Below are positions 7,176-7,262 of a stretch of DNA of 7,262 nt, one piece after another. The first letter of the stretch is position 1. Each line of letters begins with the position of its first letter. A model generated the notes under the pieces. The model made no database searches. It worked only from the letters and a program-made list of their open reading frames with translations, and was not told where the DNA came from. Source of the stretch: a virus (Duplodnaviria; Heunggongvirae; Uroviricota; Caudoviricetes); the IMG/VR virus record IMGVR_UViG_2734482562_000003. The stretch is one strand, 5' to 3'. A program made the translations under genes and the position numbers.

Positions 7176-7179
7176 ATGA
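7176..7179 (+). pseudogene. Remnant 5' end (ATG plus 1 nt) of the next head gene, possibly major capsid, truncated by IS1
   Basis: An AAGGA RBS (7163-7167, overlapping the upstream stop) lies 8 nt before ATG 7176-7178. The IS1 terminal inverted repeat begins at 7180, so any gene starting here is disrupted after 4 nt. Confidence 0.35.
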
Positions 7180-7202
7180 GGTGATGCTGCCAACTTACTG
7201 AT
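7180..7202 (+). repeat. IS1 left terminal inverted repeat (IRL)
   Basis: GGTGATGCTGCCAACTTACTGAT, the canonical roughly 23-bp IS1 end. Confidence 0.85.
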
Positions 7203-7234
7203 TTAGTGTATGATGGTGTTTTTGAGGTGCTCCA

Positions 7235-7262
7235 GTGGCTTCTGTTTCTATCAGCTGTCCCT
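7235..7262 (+). CDS. insA: insA (IS1 transposition regulator / N-terminal transposase part), 5' fragment
   Basis: GTG start followed by codons for ASVSISCP, matching the InsA N-terminus MASVSISCPSC... The gene runs off the window end. Confidence 0.8.

Larger units (their letters stand above)
7180..7262 (+). mobile_element. IS1 insertion sequence, left end (partial; continues beyond window)
   Basis: The sequence GGTGATGCTGCCAACTTACTGATTTAGTGTATGATGGTGTTTTTGAGGTGCTCCAGTGGCTTCTGTTTCTATCAGCTGTCCCT matches the beginning of IS1 as I recall it: the left inverted repeat followed by the GTG-initiated insA start. Confidence 0.9.

Noticed and set aside
1-7262. Search for CRISPR repeats, tRNA-like structures, cos site or other tandem repeats
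   Set aside because: No regularly spaced direct repeats, tRNA cloverleaf-like segments or recognisable cos sequence were seen by eye. A pac site may lie within terS but cannot be identified from sequence alone.

Overview
This window reads as the late (lysis to head-morphogenesis) region of a mosaic lambdoid prophage that looks defective. Left to right: (1) the 3' part of a lambda-type spanin pair, Rz with Rz1 embedded in the +1 frame; (2) a visibly AT-rich, opposite-strand single-gene moron encoding a YqaA/DedA-family inner-membrane protein, at the position where lambda carries bor; (3) a packaging module of small terminase, large terminase and a portal-sized gene whose reading frame is intact but interrupted by two in-frame TAG codons; (4) a head-morphogenesis-like gene broken by a 285-nt N run; (5) a scaffold-like protein with an acidic TGD-repeat region and a roughly 168-aa structural protein; (6) the left end of an IS1 element inserted 4 nt after the RBS-coupled ATG of the next head gene. 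No tRNA, rRNA or CRISPR array is visible. I do not see a clearly novel multi-gene system; the most interesting items are the moron and the decay pattern (clean nonsense codons plus IS1 with no frameshifts). All family assignments are from reading the translations and recalled motifs, not from database searches.
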